This document shows, piece by piece, positions 46,099-46,407 of a stretch of DNA of 46,407 nt (positions within the stretch are counted from its first letter, which is position 1; the number at the start of each line of letters is the position of its first letter). Below the pieces are notes generated by a model. It worked only from the letters and a program-made list of their open reading frames with translations, had not been told where the DNA came from and did not search any database. The position numbers were made by a program, and so were the translations under genes. Source of the DNA: a virus. The stretch lies in IMG/VR virus record IMGVR_UViG_3300014572_000008; one strand, 5' to 3'.

Positions 46099-46292
46099 TT
46101 TTCCTCCTTCCTCGGCTTTAATAGCTCGTCCACTGTGCAGCCGTACAGATCTGCGATTTCGTGCAGGCGCGCCGTCTTCGGATACATCTGCCCGGTTTCC
46201 CACAGATAAACGGATGCGTCTGAAACCTTTAGCGCCTTGACCACCTGTTGAACGGTCAATCCAGCGGCAAGCCTCGCTTCCTTAAAACCCAT
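46095..46292 (-). CDS. Cro-like XRE-family HTH protein
   Basis: 65 aa; LTVQQVVKALKVSDASVYLWETGQMYPKTARLHEIADLYGCTVDELL; first gene of the leftward early operon, divergent from the XRE repressor gene. Confidence 0.8.
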   Translation of the reverse strand: MGFKEARLAAGLTVQQVVKALKVSDASVYLWETGQMYPKTARLHEIADLYGCTVDELLKPRKEEK

Positions 46293-46319
46293 GCCTTTAC
46301 ATACCTCCTGTCTGTGAAT

Positions 46320-46344
46320 ACTAAGTTTTTCTTGACAACTTAGT
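46320..46344. promoter_or_regulatory. Dyad-symmetric operator candidate ACTAAGTT-N9-AACTTAGT
   Basis: Perfect 8-bp inverted repeat bracketing the -35 hexamer of the rightward promoter; same site at the window start (bases 1-24, first base lost at the junction). Confidence 0.5.
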
Positions 46345-46407
46345 GAATTGTGTTATTATGAAAGTACCACCTATCATTATTAAACAATCCGATAAGCTGT
46401 CCGGGGC
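46321..46407. repeat. Exact terminal direct repeat, copy 2
   Basis: Identical to bases 1-87. Confidence 0.95.

Larger units (their letters stand above)
1..46320. mobile_element. Complete temperate siphovirus-type phage genome (one circular unit)
   Basis: Lysogeny (integrase, attP, XRE/Cro pair), recombination, packaging, head, tail and lysis modules all present; window ends overlap by an exact 87 bp. Confidence 0.9.

Noticed and set aside
46321-46407. Terminal repeats as attL/attR of an integrated prophage
   Set aside because: The repeats lie in the Cro/repressor switch region, not next to the integrase. The real att candidate, with a tRNA fragment and arm sites, is internal at 4813-5130. 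No host-like genes flank either end.

Overview
The window is one complete, circularly closed temperate phage genome. Bases 1-87 are repeated exactly at 46321-46407, so the unit is 46,320 bp. Gene content indicates a siphovirus-type prophage of a fairly GC-rich Firmicutes (Clostridia-like) host. No tools were run: every functional call rests on reading the translated ORFs and the DNA by eye.

Layout:
- Rightward lysogeny module (about 1-4812): switch promoter and operator, small membrane protein, XRE repressor candidate, coupled membrane protein, two small convergent ORFs, zinc-ribbon membrane protein, a small gene with a palindrome-controlled promoter, a membrane-tethered XRE protein, and a tyrosine integrase.
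- attP (4813-5130): a 3' fragment of tRNA-Ser(GCT), a terminator, and repeated arm-type sites.
- Everything else is on the minus strand, read from 46292 downwards:
  - Early and accessory genes: Cro-like and Xis-like HTH genes; early lipoprotein and small proteins; Sak4-like ATPase / PD-(D/E)xK nuclease / DUF669 SSB-like recombination set; PAPS-reductase-like protein; ASCH protein; a tandem array of zinc-ribbon paralogs (one Lar-like); RuvC-like resolvase; late activator candidate.
  - Packaging and head genes: TerS, TerL and portal; a MuF/gp7-type minor head protein with a C-terminal PD-(D/E)xK toxin-like domain; YjcQ-like protein; scaffold, decoration and major capsid proteins; connectors.
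  - Tail and lysis genes: major tail protein, chaperones, tape measure, Dit/Tal-like proteins, a mosaic and more AT-rich fibre/receptor-binding region, holin and endolysin.
  - Cargo: about 5 kb between lysis and attP.

Most notable observations:
1. An acr-aca-like operon (8395-9950): a perfect consensus promoter with a 15-bp palindrome in its spacer, three small unknown genes, a terminal HTH gene, and terminators on both sides.
2. The MuF-nuclease toxin fusion, with a compositional break inside the ORF.
3. A reverse-oriented, self-contained moron (promoter, membrane DUF4352-like protein, terminator) inserted between the tail chaperones and the tape measure gene.
4. A second perfect consensus promoter firing antisense into the early operon.
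5. A cargo set with a BclA-C-terminal-like protein and a Gly-rich TM / Cys-rich protein.

No rRNA, complete tRNA, CRISPR array or transposase was seen.
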